Shown here piece after piece: positions 1 to 13,587 of a stretch of 64,000 nucleotides of DNA. The position numbers and the translations under genes were made by a program. The notes under the pieces were generated by a model that was not told the origin of the DNA, ran no database searches, and saw nothing but the letters and a program-made list of their open reading frames with translations. The first letter of the stretch is position 1, and each line of letters opens with the position of its first letter. This DNA comes from Vicugna vicugna (taxonomy: Eukaryota), in the NCBI GenBank assembly GCA_013265495.1, contig MU058451.1:603023-667022 (forward strand), written 5' to 3'.

Positions 1-2429
1 ACAGCACTGTGTTGTTCTTGACAACTGTCCACTGACCTGACATTATGAAGATTCATACAGCTCAGCCAATAAGAGAATCTCTTGATTCATTGTGGGAGTT
101 CAGGGCCCTACAGGTATCCATTTAAACATAACCCTTCTTTGTATGGAGCTGCTCAGATAATTTGAATCTGGGATGCTCTACAAGACCCAGTTCCCAGTTC
201 AGTCCTTTCTAAACATTTTTCTATGACACAATGGTAACATTTTTTTTTGTCTTTCACAGTTAACAGCTGTATTTAGACAGTGTCCTCTTTAAGTCAGTCT
301 TGATGACATAATTTCTTGGGTTTAATATTAGAGTAGCTCAACAGCTAACATTTTAAGTTGCCACTCACCCTCTTGTTTATACTGTCAGCAATAGCCAAGC
401 CAGAAGGCTTGGGCAGCGCAGTTGAAGAGTAATAGCAGAGCTCTGCATGTGTGGCCTTACCCTGCTGGCGCTTCACGTGGAGCTGCCAGGCTGGTCTAGA
501 GGCAAATCTCTGATGTGCTGGCCTGTGTTACTTGTGATTGTTTGGGATGAATTATGTAGAGGTCTGTCTAGCAATTTGTGACAGGCAGAGATCTTTGAGT
601 TTTTACCACTAAATAGTGATATAAACAAAAGAGGGCAGAAACACTGTTTAACTGTATTGTACAGGAAAACGTACAATTTCTATTTCCATCACAGAATATA
701 CTCAAATATCTTAAATCATATGTATCATTCTCTCTATAAAGGAGAGAATTGCCTACACAAAAAGCAAAACTGAGTCATTTAAGGGCTTATAACAAGGAAA
801 GATTTAAAATGGTTAGAGATATAACAAATTAGGCAATATTTGTAAGAGACAGAATTCTTAAGCTTTATTTTATATATGACACTAATCACTCAGATCTGAT
901 TTTTGTACATCTTTCACTGGGATTAGAAAATCAAATGTCAAGGAAATTTCCCACTCTTGGTTATAATATTGCAAATGCCTTCTTTCATTAAATACTTCAT
1001 TCCCTCCCTTTTCATGATAGGTACATTTGGGCTATATAGGGACTTCCAAATCTTTAGAGTTAAAAGTCTTTCCAGTTTTCAGTTGAAATGGATTTTTTGT
1101 TTTACCAGAATTGTCTTGCCATGGTTTTTTGTTTTTGTTTTTTGTTTTTCTGGTAATGAAGAAGAAGCTCTCATCATGGAATTTTTCATCCAACTCAAGT
1201 TCGTACAGTATTCAGCTGAATGTGCATTACCCCAGGTACAGTAGGCATTTAGTAGGACTCACTTCTTTAGGAAATAACAGCTGTTCAAAAAGGGTGGTGG
1301 GGGGCAAGGAAGGGAAGGAGAGGAAGGAAAAAAAGAAAAGTAATAACTCTTCTAAGGACGTAGTTCAGTCATGGGGTATGCGCAGATGAGTTTTTTTCCC
1401 TTTTTATTGTGAGGAATGTCTGAAAATCATCTGTTTGACAGATCATACATCATTCTTGACCTTGTCATTTTAATCCAACAGTAAATAGAAAACAAATGTT
1501 TTTCTTTCTTGAAGGTATGATTATGACATCTTGCAAAAGCATTTTTAGTAAGTTAAATTAAAGATAATAAGCTATTTTTTACTCTGCTATTGTGTAGAAA
1601 AGAGACAGCATCCTATGGAGTTGTTTTAATTACCCTATCGGTATGCATTGTGACATCTGGTGGCACTGGTGAGCTCACCTGATGGACCACAAAGAACCCT
1701 GATTTATGAACCCATAATTGGGTTTCCAATAAACATTTGTCAAAATAATATATTAGTTCAAACCAAAGCCTTCTTTATTTATTCATATAAAAGAGCACTT
1801 AACTTTCAACAAAGAATTGCCTATCATCAAAAACACTCTGTAAATGAATCAAATTTATGAAGACACGGTTCTAGTGGGTGACTGCTCAAAGACTACAGCT
1901 TATTTTAACTCTTTAGAGGACATAGCGTTCGAATTTGCTTGTTTTCACCATATACCTTCATACTTTTAAGTCCAAATAATGTATATTTTAATATTCACTT
2001 GTTAAGGTACATGTTATAAAATGAATCTAGTGACTTTTAAAAATGTTATTCAGTTATGAAATTAGTATATCATTAGCAGTTATCATTTTATAGTTATTTA
2101 AAATTCTGTTATGACAACATATTTTTATCCATTCTTATTTAATTTACTTCTAAGTAAGAATAAAATGTACACTGGCCTCATACTAGTTTGTAAAATGGTA
2201 AGGCTTCTGATAAGGGAATCATCATTGATCTTTATTTTAAATATTTCAGCCATTTTACATGTTTACTTTTTAACAGATTAGTCTTTGTTTCTCTTGGAGG
2301 TTCACGTCACTAAGTAAGATAAGTAATTTATACAAAAGCGTGTATGTCTTGGAGCCTTCACTTTGTAGAGCACATTATTACAGAGCACCTTATGAAGCAT
2401 TATTTTAATATTTAATAGCCACTATCTTC

Positions 2430-2980
2430 TTTTTATTGTGGTATAATATTCAGTTTTGAGTATACAATTCAGTGGCATTAAGTAATTCACAATGATGAAC
2501 AACCATCATCACTGTTCATTTCCAGAACTTTCTTCATCATCTGGAACAGAAATTCTGTACCCATTAAACAATAGCACTCCATTCCTCCCTCCCCAACCCC
2601 TGAGAAACCTCTATTCTATTTTCCTTATTAATTTGACTGCTGTAGGTATCTTAAATAGTTGAATCATGCAATATTTGTTCTCTTGTGTCTAGCTTATTTC
2701 ATTTGTAATGTTTTCAAGTTTCATCCATATTCACGTATCAGAATTTTCTTCCTTTTTATGGCTGAATAATATCTCATCCTATGTATACACCACATTTTGT
2801 TTATCCACTCACTCATCTGTCAGTGGACACTTGGGTTGTTTCCACCTTTTGGGTATTGTGAATAATGCTGCTACAAACATTCATGTACAAGTATCTGTTT
2901 GAGTCCCTGCTTTCAACTCTTTTGGAGTGGAATTGTAAGAACATGCAATAATTCTATGTTTAACTTTTTAAGAAACCTCA
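2430..2980 (-). mobile_element. Old LINE-1 3' end (L1MB-like)
   Basis: Antisense L1 3'UTR/ORF2-end motifs: tacaattcagtggcattaag, ggacacttgggttgtttccaccttttgggtattgtgaataatgctgc. Confidence 0.85.
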
Positions 2981-3089
2981 CTGTCCCTTAAAAATTTATT
3001 AAAAGTGTCATTCCTTATGCTAAGTATTGGAGTCATCCTAAGTCATGATACTGTTTGAAAATGTTAATATATAAACAGGTTAAGTTCAG

Positions 3090-3735
3090 CTGTTCACATC
3101 AATAAGGATTTAAAGAACACTGATCATATTCCAAGTAGAATGCTAGCCATTGAGATCACAAAGATAAATAAGATATTTTTCTTTCTCTTTCTGGCTTACT
3201 TCACTTAGAATGACATTCTCCAGGGATATCTATGTTGCTGCAAATGGCATTATGTTGTCATTTTATGGCTGAATATTATTCCATTGTATAAATATAATTG
3301 TATAAATACATCTTCTTTATCCAGTCATCTGTTGATGGACAGAAAAATGAACATAAATACAAAACAGAAACAGACTCATAGACATAGAATACAAACTTGT
3401 GGTTGCCAAGGGGGTGGGGGGTTGGAAGAGACAGACTGGGAGTTCAAAATTTGTAGATACTGAATAGAATAGATAAATATGCAGAATAGATAAATAAAAT
3501 TATACTGTATAGCACAGGGAAATATATATAAGATCTTGTGGTAGCTCATAGCGAAAAAAAATGTGGTAATGAATATATGTATGTCCTCATATAACTGAAA
3601 AATTGTGTTCTACACTGGAATTTGACACAACATTGTAAAATGACTATAACTCAATAAAAAGTTTTAAAAAAATTACCAAAGAGAAAAGATAAGTAAGGTA
3701 AAGTTCCTGATCTTAAGGGATCCTTATAATCTCCA
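3090..3735 (-). mobile_element. L2 3' fragment interrupted by a younger L1
   Basis: L2-like sequence (tgctagccattgagatcacaaagataaataag ... gttcctgatcttaagggatccttataatct) continues across the L1 insertion. Confidence 0.55.
3176..3684 (+). mobile_element. Lineage-specific (camelid-type) L1 3' end with 5' inversion
   Basis: 3176-3340 is antisense L1 and 3341-3684 is sense 3'UTR with aataaa and A-rich tail; TSD aaagataa(a/g)taag(a/g)ta at 3160-3175 and 3685-3700. Confidence 0.88.
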
Positions 3736-4258
3736 AGTTTTAGAAAATTCAGTCACCAGTAATAGTCTCAAGTCTGCTATAAAATTTGGTGAGCTTTATT
3801 TATTAAGTTATGAAGCTGAAATGAGTTTTTCATACTTCTGTTAACTTTTTAACAAAAAGTATAGAGGCATTCTTGAAATTATGAACCATATGGGGTGGAT
3901 TTGTGGTAAAGAAAAGTTGACCCTGAATAATTTTTTGATCAGATCTAGAATAATTTTATGTTTGGAGGATGTAAAAATGTATTTACATGCAGGGATCTCA
4001 GCCTGGGGTCTGTGAGAAGAAGATTAGAGAGGAAAGATTGTGGGCTATAAGGTAAACTAAGAGATTCCCACTGGTATATTCTCTACCTGTAATTGGAGTG
4101 AAAGCTTAATACATGTAAGGGTGGAACAAGGTTCACCACTACTTCTAAAGAATGGTGATTTAATTTTGAAAAATATCCCTGGGACCTTCTGGGCCTTTTC
4201 AGGATAGAGCAGGGATCATCCTGCTGAAGTTCTTTGAGAACCTATCTACCCAAATACA

Positions 4259-4287
4259 TAGGGTTAGGATTAGGGTTAGGGTTGGGT
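4259..4287 (+). repeat. Short interstitial telomere-like (TTAGGG)n tract
   Basis: tagggttaggattagggttagggttgggt, nearly 5 units, two of them variant. Confidence 0.75.
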
Positions 4288-6264
4288 CAGTTTGTCCTCT
4301 GCTACTTTTCAGCATTTTTAGAGATTTGGGTTTGAGGTCAGAATCCCTCTGAAGGTATTATTTGAGAATTCATGGCTGGCCCTTGGAGGGGTTCCAGTAA
4401 TATTTTCCTTCTATTTATAATAAGTGATTTTCATACACAATGAATATATTCAGTTTATAGGTGTTTGAACTTTTTGGCCTACATGGAAATTTCAGATTAA
4501 AAAGCAGATCTAGGATTTATTTCTGAATAAAAAACAAAAAGAAATTCCTTTTCTTCTCTCATCTTATAGTGAAAGTAAGGCCAATGAGCTGTCTCTGTCT
4601 TTTATTTGAAGCACAAATCAAACAGTGGTGTTGCTTTGCTTCAAATTAGTATTCTAGTGTATTGGGAAAGGGGAACTTATATCCTGGCCTTGTGTTGATC
4701 CTTGAGTATACACTGGCTGATAACTGGTGAGCTGGATTTAGTGGACTCCATTTCTAGATAATATATTGGCATTTGATCCTGAAGTCTGCAACTAATACAA
4801 CTCCTGATGTAAGTTTAAACTCAGCTTTGCCAGGACTTGGTGGTTCATCCTTTCTGGCATGGCCTTACCTTGGCTCTCACTGATGCTGCATTTGTCTCAA
4901 GTCTCTACTATGAACTGCACATAACACTGGTTGCCTCCTACAGCCTCTTCTGTGGATCTCCTTGTTCTTCAGCATAGAAACCGCACCATGACTGCTATCC
5001 TATTAACTTCTCATTCTTTCCTCAGGGGTATGGGGAAATCTTTGGGTTTATTCTGCTAAATGGGAGATTAAGAATGATAATTAGGCTCTCCTTTTGCATG
5101 ACTACTCTTCTCTGCCTTTTTTTATTTCGTTGGGGCTGTACGCATATTAGCCTTGCACAGTATGTTTTGTTCCTGACTCCCAAAGAACAAAAAGCCCCTT
5201 TGCCCTCAACATTCCTTTTATCTTACCTAAGAGTTTTTTTTTCCCCTGTTTGGGACTTCAGCCTGGAGAGGGTAGGTTAAGAAATACTTCGCTTTTGCTG
5301 CTTCCCTTCCGTCTATCTTCCTTCCTCTTCCCCAAAGCTACTTGCAAAGGAAGGAACAGACTTTCATGCTTCTTGCTGTCTTACCTGGACTTCTTTTATG
5401 TGTAAATCTCTAACCAAGTTGGCCATATCTTCCTCTTCACTCATTAAACAAGGAGATAAAGGAATTAAAAAAAATCCTTTTCTCTCATACAAAGCCTGGT
5501 TTTCAAGACTATTTTTTATCCTTGTTGACTTGAAAATTCTATTTTGTGGCCCAAGTGATTACTACCTTTTATTTCTCTTTATATTAATGCTGCAACAATC
5601 CTAATCTCCTCATCCCACTTCTCAATGAAGATGGATACCTTAGGATGTCTGTATGGTATGTAAAAGAGGAAAGCCTGTTAATATATTTCAAAAAATGTTA
5701 CGCTTGTTATCTATGATCAAGTGACTATTTTAGTTCATCTGACTTGCATGTGACATTAGCCTATAAGTGAAGATAGGGTTAGACTAGCTCAGAAGAAAAT
5801 GTGGCCTGTGCTGATTGATATGTAAGCTGGTAAATGTTCCTTGACTGTATCCACTAATGATAACTTGTGGATTGACCTTTAGATAATCCATTCTCACTTG
5901 CCAGGACCCATTTTCTAAGATTTGAGTAAAGCAAATGGTCCAGTCCAGCTATAGCATGAATCTTTGTGGACCTGACAAAGATAATGTTGGATATTGAGAG
6001 ATCTTTGCAAGAATCACTTTTTAAAAATACATAAAAATTGGCTTATGAAAAAAATAATACTCTAAAATAAAATACTCTAAAAAGGTTTTAGATAAACAAA
6101 ATAAAACATAAAAAATGAAAATGTTTTGCCTGCCATGTGTAATGTACTATTGAATACTTTCATCATTAGACTTTATTTAAGATGGTCCAGCCAAGTACCA
6201 AACTTATACATGGCAAGTGAATACCATAACACCATGAGAATGCCTTTATCTTTGCATGATTACA

Positions 6265-6385
6265 GTGTGTTTTCTCTATTAGACTTTAAGCAACTTGAGA
6301 CCAGGACTGTGTCTTATTCACTTTTGTAATCCCAGACTCTAGAGTGATAACTGAAACATTGTAAATACTAATGTGTTTGCTGTCT
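6265..6385 (+). mobile_element. L2 3' end fragment
   Basis: ttagactttaagcaacttgagaccaggactgtgtcttattcacttttgtaatccc. Confidence 0.65.
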
Positions 6386-6624
6386 GTATAGATCTTTGCT
6401 GATCTCTGAATAAAAGACTTATGAAAGTGAACATAAAGGAAATGATGTATATCTCTTTTTAGTGTTGTAAGCTTGGGACAATACTCCATGACAAAGGAAG
6501 CTGATAATTTGAATTTTAACTTGTGTTGACCCTGAAATGAATTTGAATGGCCCACTTTTATACTAGGCAGAGATTTGGGGCAAAGCAGATTTCTTGGCAA
6601 TCTAATCTAGCTTAAAACACTGTG

Positions 6625-6726
6625 GGGAGTGGGGAATAGCTCAGTGGTAGAGTGTGTGCTTGGCATGTATGTGGTCTTGGGTTCAATCCGCAGTACCTCC
6701 ATTAAAAAAAAAAGTATAAAAAATAA
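6625..6726 (+). mobile_element. tRNA-derived SINE (camelid Vic-1-like)
   Basis: A box tagctcagtgg, B box ggttcaatcc, A-rich tail; TSD aaaac(a/t)ctgtg at 6614-6624 and 6727-6737. Confidence 0.9.
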
Positions 6727-8344
6727 AAAACTCTGTGAAATGTTCTGGTTATTAGTCTTCACAAGCTATCAAGTCAGGAATCCTATAACATTTATGACAC
6801 CGATAGGAGTTTAAAAGTGTATAATGTTTCATTTGATGTACTGCAAGTACTCTCAATTGGGGTATCTCCTCGTCATAACATCATACTGAAATACCAAGGC
6901 AACTTTTAAAAAATATTTATACAAATGTTAAAAAAATAAAATAAAAAAACCTTGTGAGATGAACAGCAAAATCAGTTCTTTGATTTTTAATTTATGAGTT
7001 GCAAGTCTTTGCTTTTTAGGACTTGAAAATATTTAAATTTTCCCCATTTCTAGCCAGGTATAAAGTAAGGGGAATATTTTGGTATGAAAGTTTAAAGAAT
7101 TTTAATGGCAAAAATAAAGCATTGTTGGTTCCAGTTGAGTAAGTGTTTTGAGAATTGTTATTGTTTTATATAAAAGGTTATTTGTGCATGTAAGGGAAAC
7201 ATACTTTTGTGATAAACCTATTACATAGTCATTGTGCTATAACAGAAGTCTTGTTACTTTGTAAAAGCCCCAATATTATGATTACTGAGTGCTCAGAAAT
7301 GTTCTTTGAGTGGTTATAAACAGATCTGACCAATAGATATGGTGAGGTAAGCAGTTTATAAATCTCTTTGAGGGAGTTTTAGTTTGGGTTGCCCCACCGA
7401 AAAAGGAGTATTATTTGGCATGCCTATGGATATAATGGTATGCTGGGCAGCAGGTCTGTGGCCTAATTCAGCCAGAGAACATGCATTAACAAATTGGCTC
7501 GGTCAATGATGGATTATGCCTGAAAGAAGTCAGCTGAATGCAGTCTACTGGCCATGGTCATAGAGCAACACAGCTTTTTTTCGTCCTCCCATTAGGCTGA
7601 CTTTTCTCTTGGCTTAGCACTTAACAAGCTCCACATGCAAAACTGGATGATCCTGGTTGTTGTAAAGAGGCCTCAAAGTGTGCATTTTGGGAAAGAAAAG
7701 AAATACTTGGATTAAATTTTGTGTGTTAATCTTTTGGAATGTGTGTGGATCAGACTCAGGGAAGGAAATTGATAGCTTCATGGTGAAATGTTGGCATACC
7801 ATTTCTAAATTCCATTTGTCAGCTATAGAGGGGAAGTGTTCAGGGTCAAAAACACTTGATTAATTTGCTAACTACAAAGACAATGAATGGACAGAATGAG
7901 TGTGTCATTGTACTATTTGGAATTAAAACCCAGTATAAAGTCAAGCCACTTAATTAGTCCTTGAGTCAGTTGGTTGCAATGGACTCTTCATTTCTTAGTA
8001 ATTTTGTTAGGTTCAGTAAGAAGGCAGAGCATGACTGTTAGTATGGGGTTGCCTTTATGTAGAATAGAAGTATAGAGATTTAAAATTTAGAGCAGTGGTT
8101 CATTAGAAATGATTCCATTCGTTTGGCACTCTTTAATAATACTTTTCAGTTTTTCTTTGCACTGCCCAGAGGATGGACACATGTCACCTTTAACAGCATA
8201 TTTCTTCATTGAGTTCGTACTTCTAATTTTATGCTTGATGGAAGTTCTCAACTGATGATATGCCAGCTTTCTGAATTAAAAGTGTCAATAAGGCCTTACA
8301 TTTCTGAGAAAAATAGCACATGAATTGTGTAACAGATCCATTTG

Positions 8345-8600
8345 TTACTAATCGGACTAGAGTGTGCTTCAGTGCAAAGAATGCCCAAATCTCAGTGGCT
8401 TAACAAAACAAAGGTTTAACACTCACTCAGTGCTACGTGTCCACAGAATGGCTGGCAGGATCTCTGCACAGGTTGACAAGAGGTTCCATTTGGACAGATG
8501 TTTTCACGATTATATTCAAAAGGGAACATGTTAAATCATATCCTGGCTCTTAAAGCTTCCACTTCATATCCATTCACATTGTGTTGGTCAAAGCAAATCA
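8345..8600 (-). mobile_element. ERVL-MaLR LTR fragment (MLT1K/L-like)
   Basis: cccaaatctcagtggcttaacaaaacaaaggttt and ctggctcttaaagcttcc ... cacattgtgttggtcaaagcaaatca. Confidence 0.65.
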
Positions 8601-8603
8601 GTA

Positions 8604-10883
8604 TTTGCTTACCCCAAAGTCTCAAAAATTTTCTCCTATGTTTTCTTCTGGGAGCTCTAAATTTTGACATTTAGGTTTCTAAGCCATTTTGTGTTTTGTG
8701 TGTGTGTGTGTGTGTGTGTGTGGTATGAGATAGGGATTGAATTTCATTTTTTCCCAAATGAATTTGTTGTTCTAGAACAATTTGTTGAAAAGTCTGTCCT
8801 TTCCCTACAGAATTATGGATTGTCTATTCTGGTCCATTACTGTATATGTCTTGCCTTAGGCCAGTGTGTACTGTTCTGATTGCTGTAGTTGTAAGTTTGA
8901 AGTAAGTAGTGTAAGTCCTATAACTTTGTTTTTTGTTTTTTAAATTATTTTCATTGTTCTAGGTCTTCTACAGTTCCATATATATATTGTATTTTACAAA
9001 GAAGCCTCCTGGGATTTTGATTAAGCTTGCTTTGAATCTTTGGGCCAATTTAAGGAGGGGAGATTTATATCTTAATCCTATTGAGTTTTCCAATATTTCT
9101 TCACCTACCTTGGTCTTTAATTTTTCTCAACAATATTTTATAATTTTCAGTGTATGTATTTTATTAAATTTATCCTTAAGTATTTCATTTTTCATGCTAA
9201 TGTGAGTGGTATTATTTTCTCAATTTCATCTTCTAATTATTCATGCTAGGATACATAAATACAGCTGATTTTTGTAAATTGACTTTGCATCCTGTAAACT
9301 TGCTAAATTTACTTATTAAATTCTAGTAGCTTTTGGGGGTAGATTTCTAAGTATCTTCTATGTATTAATAGTTTCTTTTGCATGTTAAGATAATTTACCT
9401 CGTGTTTTTCAAATAGTATACCTCTTATTTCATTTCTTTCTTTATTTCACTAGTAGGACCTCAAGCTGAACAAAAGTTGTTAGAGCAGATATCTTTGCCT
9501 TGTTTCTGATCTTTTGGGGAGAAATATTGTCTGCATTCTTAAGCATGATGTTAGCTGTAGGTTTCTAGTGGCTCTGGGTTTTTAGTAGATACCGCTTATC
9601 AAGTTGAGGAAGTTTTCTTCTAGTCTCAGTTTTCTGAGATTTAAAAGATAAGAATGAGTATTGAAGTTTGTCAAATGTAATTTCTGCATTTATTGAGATG
9701 CTCAGATATCTTTTTTTCCCTTCATTCTGCTAATATGATGAATTACATTGACTTATTTTCAAATGTTGTATCAATCTTGTATTCTTGGGAAAATCCCACT
9801 TGCTCATAATGTATTGTACTTTTTAACTATTACTGGATTTAATGCTTATATTTTATTAAGATTTTTGCTTCTCTGCACATAAGGCATATTAGTCTTAAAT
9901 TTTTTTCTTGTAATGTCTTTGCCTCTTACTAATACTGGGAAAAGACTTGTCTCAGAAATCAGCTGAGGAGGGGTCCATCCTCCTATTTTCTAAGAATTAT
10001 TTTTAAAGAATGAATGTTATTTTTTTCTTAAATTTTGAAATGATTCAACAGTGAAGCCACCTGGGCCTGGAATTTTATTTATGAGAAAAGTTTAATTCTA
10101 ATTCAGTTTCTCTAATTGATATGGGGGACATTCAGATTTTCTTTCTTCTAGTTTTGCTAATTTGTGTCTTTAAGGAGTTTATCTATTTTATGTAATTGAT
10201 CAAAAATATTTTGCATAAATTATTTTATAGTAGTCTCTTCTTTTACATATCTGTAGGATCTTAGTGATTTTCCTTCTTTCAGTGCTAATATTAGTAATTG
10301 AGTTTTCTTTTGTTTAAACTAGGTGTTTTTTTCAATTTTATCAAATTTTTCAAAGAACTAACTTATATTTTATTGATTTTCACTTTTCTTTTCTGTTTTA
10401 TTATGTTCTACTCTTATCTTTATTATTTCCTTTTTCCTGTTTACTTAGGTTTAATTTGCTTTTCTTTCCTAGTTCCCTAAACTGAATGCTTAGACAATTG
10501 ATTCAGTTTTTTTCTTTTTTAATATAAGTATTTAAACTGTTAATCTCTCTCTAAACATTGCTTTAGATGACCTCTCAAATTTTGACATGGAGTAGTATCA
10601 TTTTCCTTGAGTGCAAAATATTTTTAGAATTGTCTTACGATTTCCCCCCCACAAAATCAGGTTGGTTCCTTGACTTATGGATTTTACAAAAATGTGTTGC
10701 TCAGTTTCCACATATTTTAGAATGTCCCAGATATTTTTCTGGAATTGATTTCTACTTTAATTCAGTTGTGGCCCCAGAAAGTACTTTGTATGATTTTATC
10801 CATTAACTTAATGAAATTTGTTTTGTGGCATTAAATTTATTGAGACTTATTTTGTGTCTGTCTTGGTGAATGTTTCATGTGTA
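8604..10883 (-). mobile_element. Old decayed L1 ORF2 region
   Basis: Continuous antisense L1 ORF2-like sequence (ttgacatttaggt, atcaagttgaggaagttttc, cagtgaagccacctgggcctgg); internal (TG)n near 8696-8722. Confidence 0.85.
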
Positions 10884-10987
10884 CAGTTGACCCTTGAACG
10901 ACATGGGTTTGAACTGAATAGGTCCACTTAGATGGGGATTTTTTTCAATAAATAGTTGAGATCCTCTGTATCTGTGGTTTCCAACCA
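10884..10987 (+). mobile_element. TcMar-Tigger left end (Tigger2/MER8-like), truncated
   Basis: TA followed by TIR-like cagttgacccttgaacgacatgggtttgaactg; no matching right end found. Confidence 0.8.
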
Positions 10988-13535
10988 CAATGGTATGAAA
11001 CTGAAAATAAATTACAAGAAGAAAACTGGAAAAAACACAAACACATGGAGACTAAACAATATGCTACTAAAAAATCAATAAGTTAATGAAGAAATCAAAG
11101 AGGATATCTGAAAATACCTTGAGACAAATGAAAGTAAAAACACAACTTTCCAAAACCTGTGGAACACCTAGGTTATAATAAACCACCAAACTTTCCAACT
11201 AAAGAATTAGAAAAAGAACAAACAAAGCAAAAAATTAGCAGGATAAAGGAAATAATAATGATCAGAAATGAAATAAGTGAAATAGAGAAAAAAATAGAAA
11301 ATACGAAACTAAGAGCTGTTTTTAAAAAAGACAAAATTGGTAAACCTTTTGCTAGATGCATCAAGAAACAAAGACAGAGGGCCTAAATAAATAAAAGAAG
11401 ACCTAAAAGAGGAGAAGTTACAATTGATATCACAGGGATAAAAACAATTATAAGAGATTAATATAAACAGTCAGATGCCAACAAATTGGACAGCCTAGAA
11501 GAAATGAATAAATTTTGAGAAACATACAATCTTCCAAGACTGGATCAAGAAGAAATAGAAAATCTGAACAGACTGATTATTAATAATGAAATTGAGTCAG
11601 TAATTGAAAAACTCTACTCCCAACAAACAAAAGTGCAGGACCAGATGGTTTCACAGGGGAATTCTACCAAACATCAAAAATATAAAGAAGAATTAATACT
11701 TATCTTTCTCAAACTATTTGAAAAAAATTGAAGAGGCAGGAACACTTCCAAACTCATTCTAAAAGGCCAGCATTACCAAAACCAGACAAAAACACTAGGA
11801 AAAAAAAAAAAGAAAATTATAGGCCAATCTCCCTGATAAACATAGATGGAAAAGTCCTCAACAAACTATTAGCAAACTGAACTCAACAATATGTTAAAAG
11901 GGGGATCATGATCAAGTGGGACTTGTTCTAGGGATACAAGTATAGTTCAATATTCATAAGTCAATCAACATGAAATATTGCATTAACAAAATGAAGGATA
12001 AAAATTGCATGATCACCTCAATAAATGCAGAAAAACCATTTGGCAAGATTCAACATCCATTTATGATAAACTCAACAATGTTGATACAGAGGGAACATAT
12101 CTCTACATAATGATGATGAAAAACTGAAACTCTTTCCTCTAAGATCAGGAATAAGACAAAGATGCCAACTCTTGTCACTTCTATTTAACATAGTATTGTA
12201 AGTTCTAGCGATAAGAAATAGATAAAAAGAAAGAAAAAGGCATCCAAATTGAAGGGAAGAAGTCAAACTGTCACTATTTGCAGATGACATGATACTATAC
12301 ATAGAGAATTGTAAAGAAGTCACCAAAAGACTACTAGAGCTCATCCATGAATTTGGTAAAGTTGCAGGATAGAAAATTAATATACAAATATCTGTTGCAT
12401 TTCTATGCATTAATAATGAACTATCAGAAAGATAAATTAAGGAAACAATTGCATTTACAATTGAATCAGAAAGAATAAAATACCTAGGAATAAATTTAAC
12501 CAAGGAGGTGAAAGACCTGTACTCTGAAAACTATAAATCATTGATGAAAATAATTGAAAGTGACACAAATAAAAAGAAAGATATCTTATGTTCATGGGTT
12601 GGAAGAATTAATATTGTTAAAATGTCCATACTGCTTAAAGCAATCTGTAGATTCAGTGCAATTCCTATCAAAATAACAATGGCATTTTCCCACAGAACTA
12701 TAACATATAATCCTAAAATTTGTGTGGAATCTCAAAAGACTGCAAATAGCCAAAGAAATCTTGAGAAAGAAGAACAAAGGTGGAAGTATCACACTCCCTG
12801 ATTCCAAACTATATTACAAAGCTACAGTAATCAAAATAGTATGGTACTGATACAAAAACAGACACATAGATCAATGGACCAGAATAGAGAGCCCAGAAAT
12901 AAACCAGCACACATATTGTTGATTAGTCTATCACAAAGGAGATTAGAATATACAATGGGGAAAAGAGAGTCTCTTCAAAAAGTGGTGTTTGGAACACTGG
13001 ACAGCTACATGTAAAAGAATGAAACTAGAACATTTTCTTGCACAATATACAAAAAGAAACTCAAGATGAATTAAAGACTTAAATGTAAGACCTGAAACTA
13101 TGAAAGTCCTAGAGTAATGACCAACAGGCATATGAAAAGAAGCTCAACATTGCTAATCATTGTGGAAATACAAATCAAAACAGCTATGATATATCACCTT
13201 ACACCTTTCAGAATGGCTATCATCAAAAAGAACACAGATGACAAATATTGGTGAGGATGTGGAGAAAAGAGAACCCTGGTACACTGTTGGTGGGAATGTA
13301 TATTGGTGCAGTCACTATGGAAAACAGTATAGAGGTTCCTCAAAAAATTAAAAATAGAACTACCATATAATCCAGCAGTTCCACTTCTGGGTATTTACCC
13401 AAAGAAAAATGAAAATACTAATTTGAAAAGATATATACACTCCAATGTTCACAGCAGCATTATTTACAATAGCCAAGATACAGAAGTAACATAAGTGCCC
13501 AACAACAAATGAATAGATAAAGAAGATATGGTGTA

Positions 13536-13587
<52 letters not shown>

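Noticed and set aside
5790..5990. Very old MIR-like or other SINE remnant
   Set aside because: Similarity too faint to call by eye.
6625..6726. Functional tRNA gene
   Set aside because: A and B boxes are present, but the G-rich head, A tail and TSD identify a SINE.
12072..12503. Longest ORF (143 aa, - strand) as a protein-coding gene
   Set aside because: It is the antisense frame of L1 ORF2; such frames are common in L1 copies.
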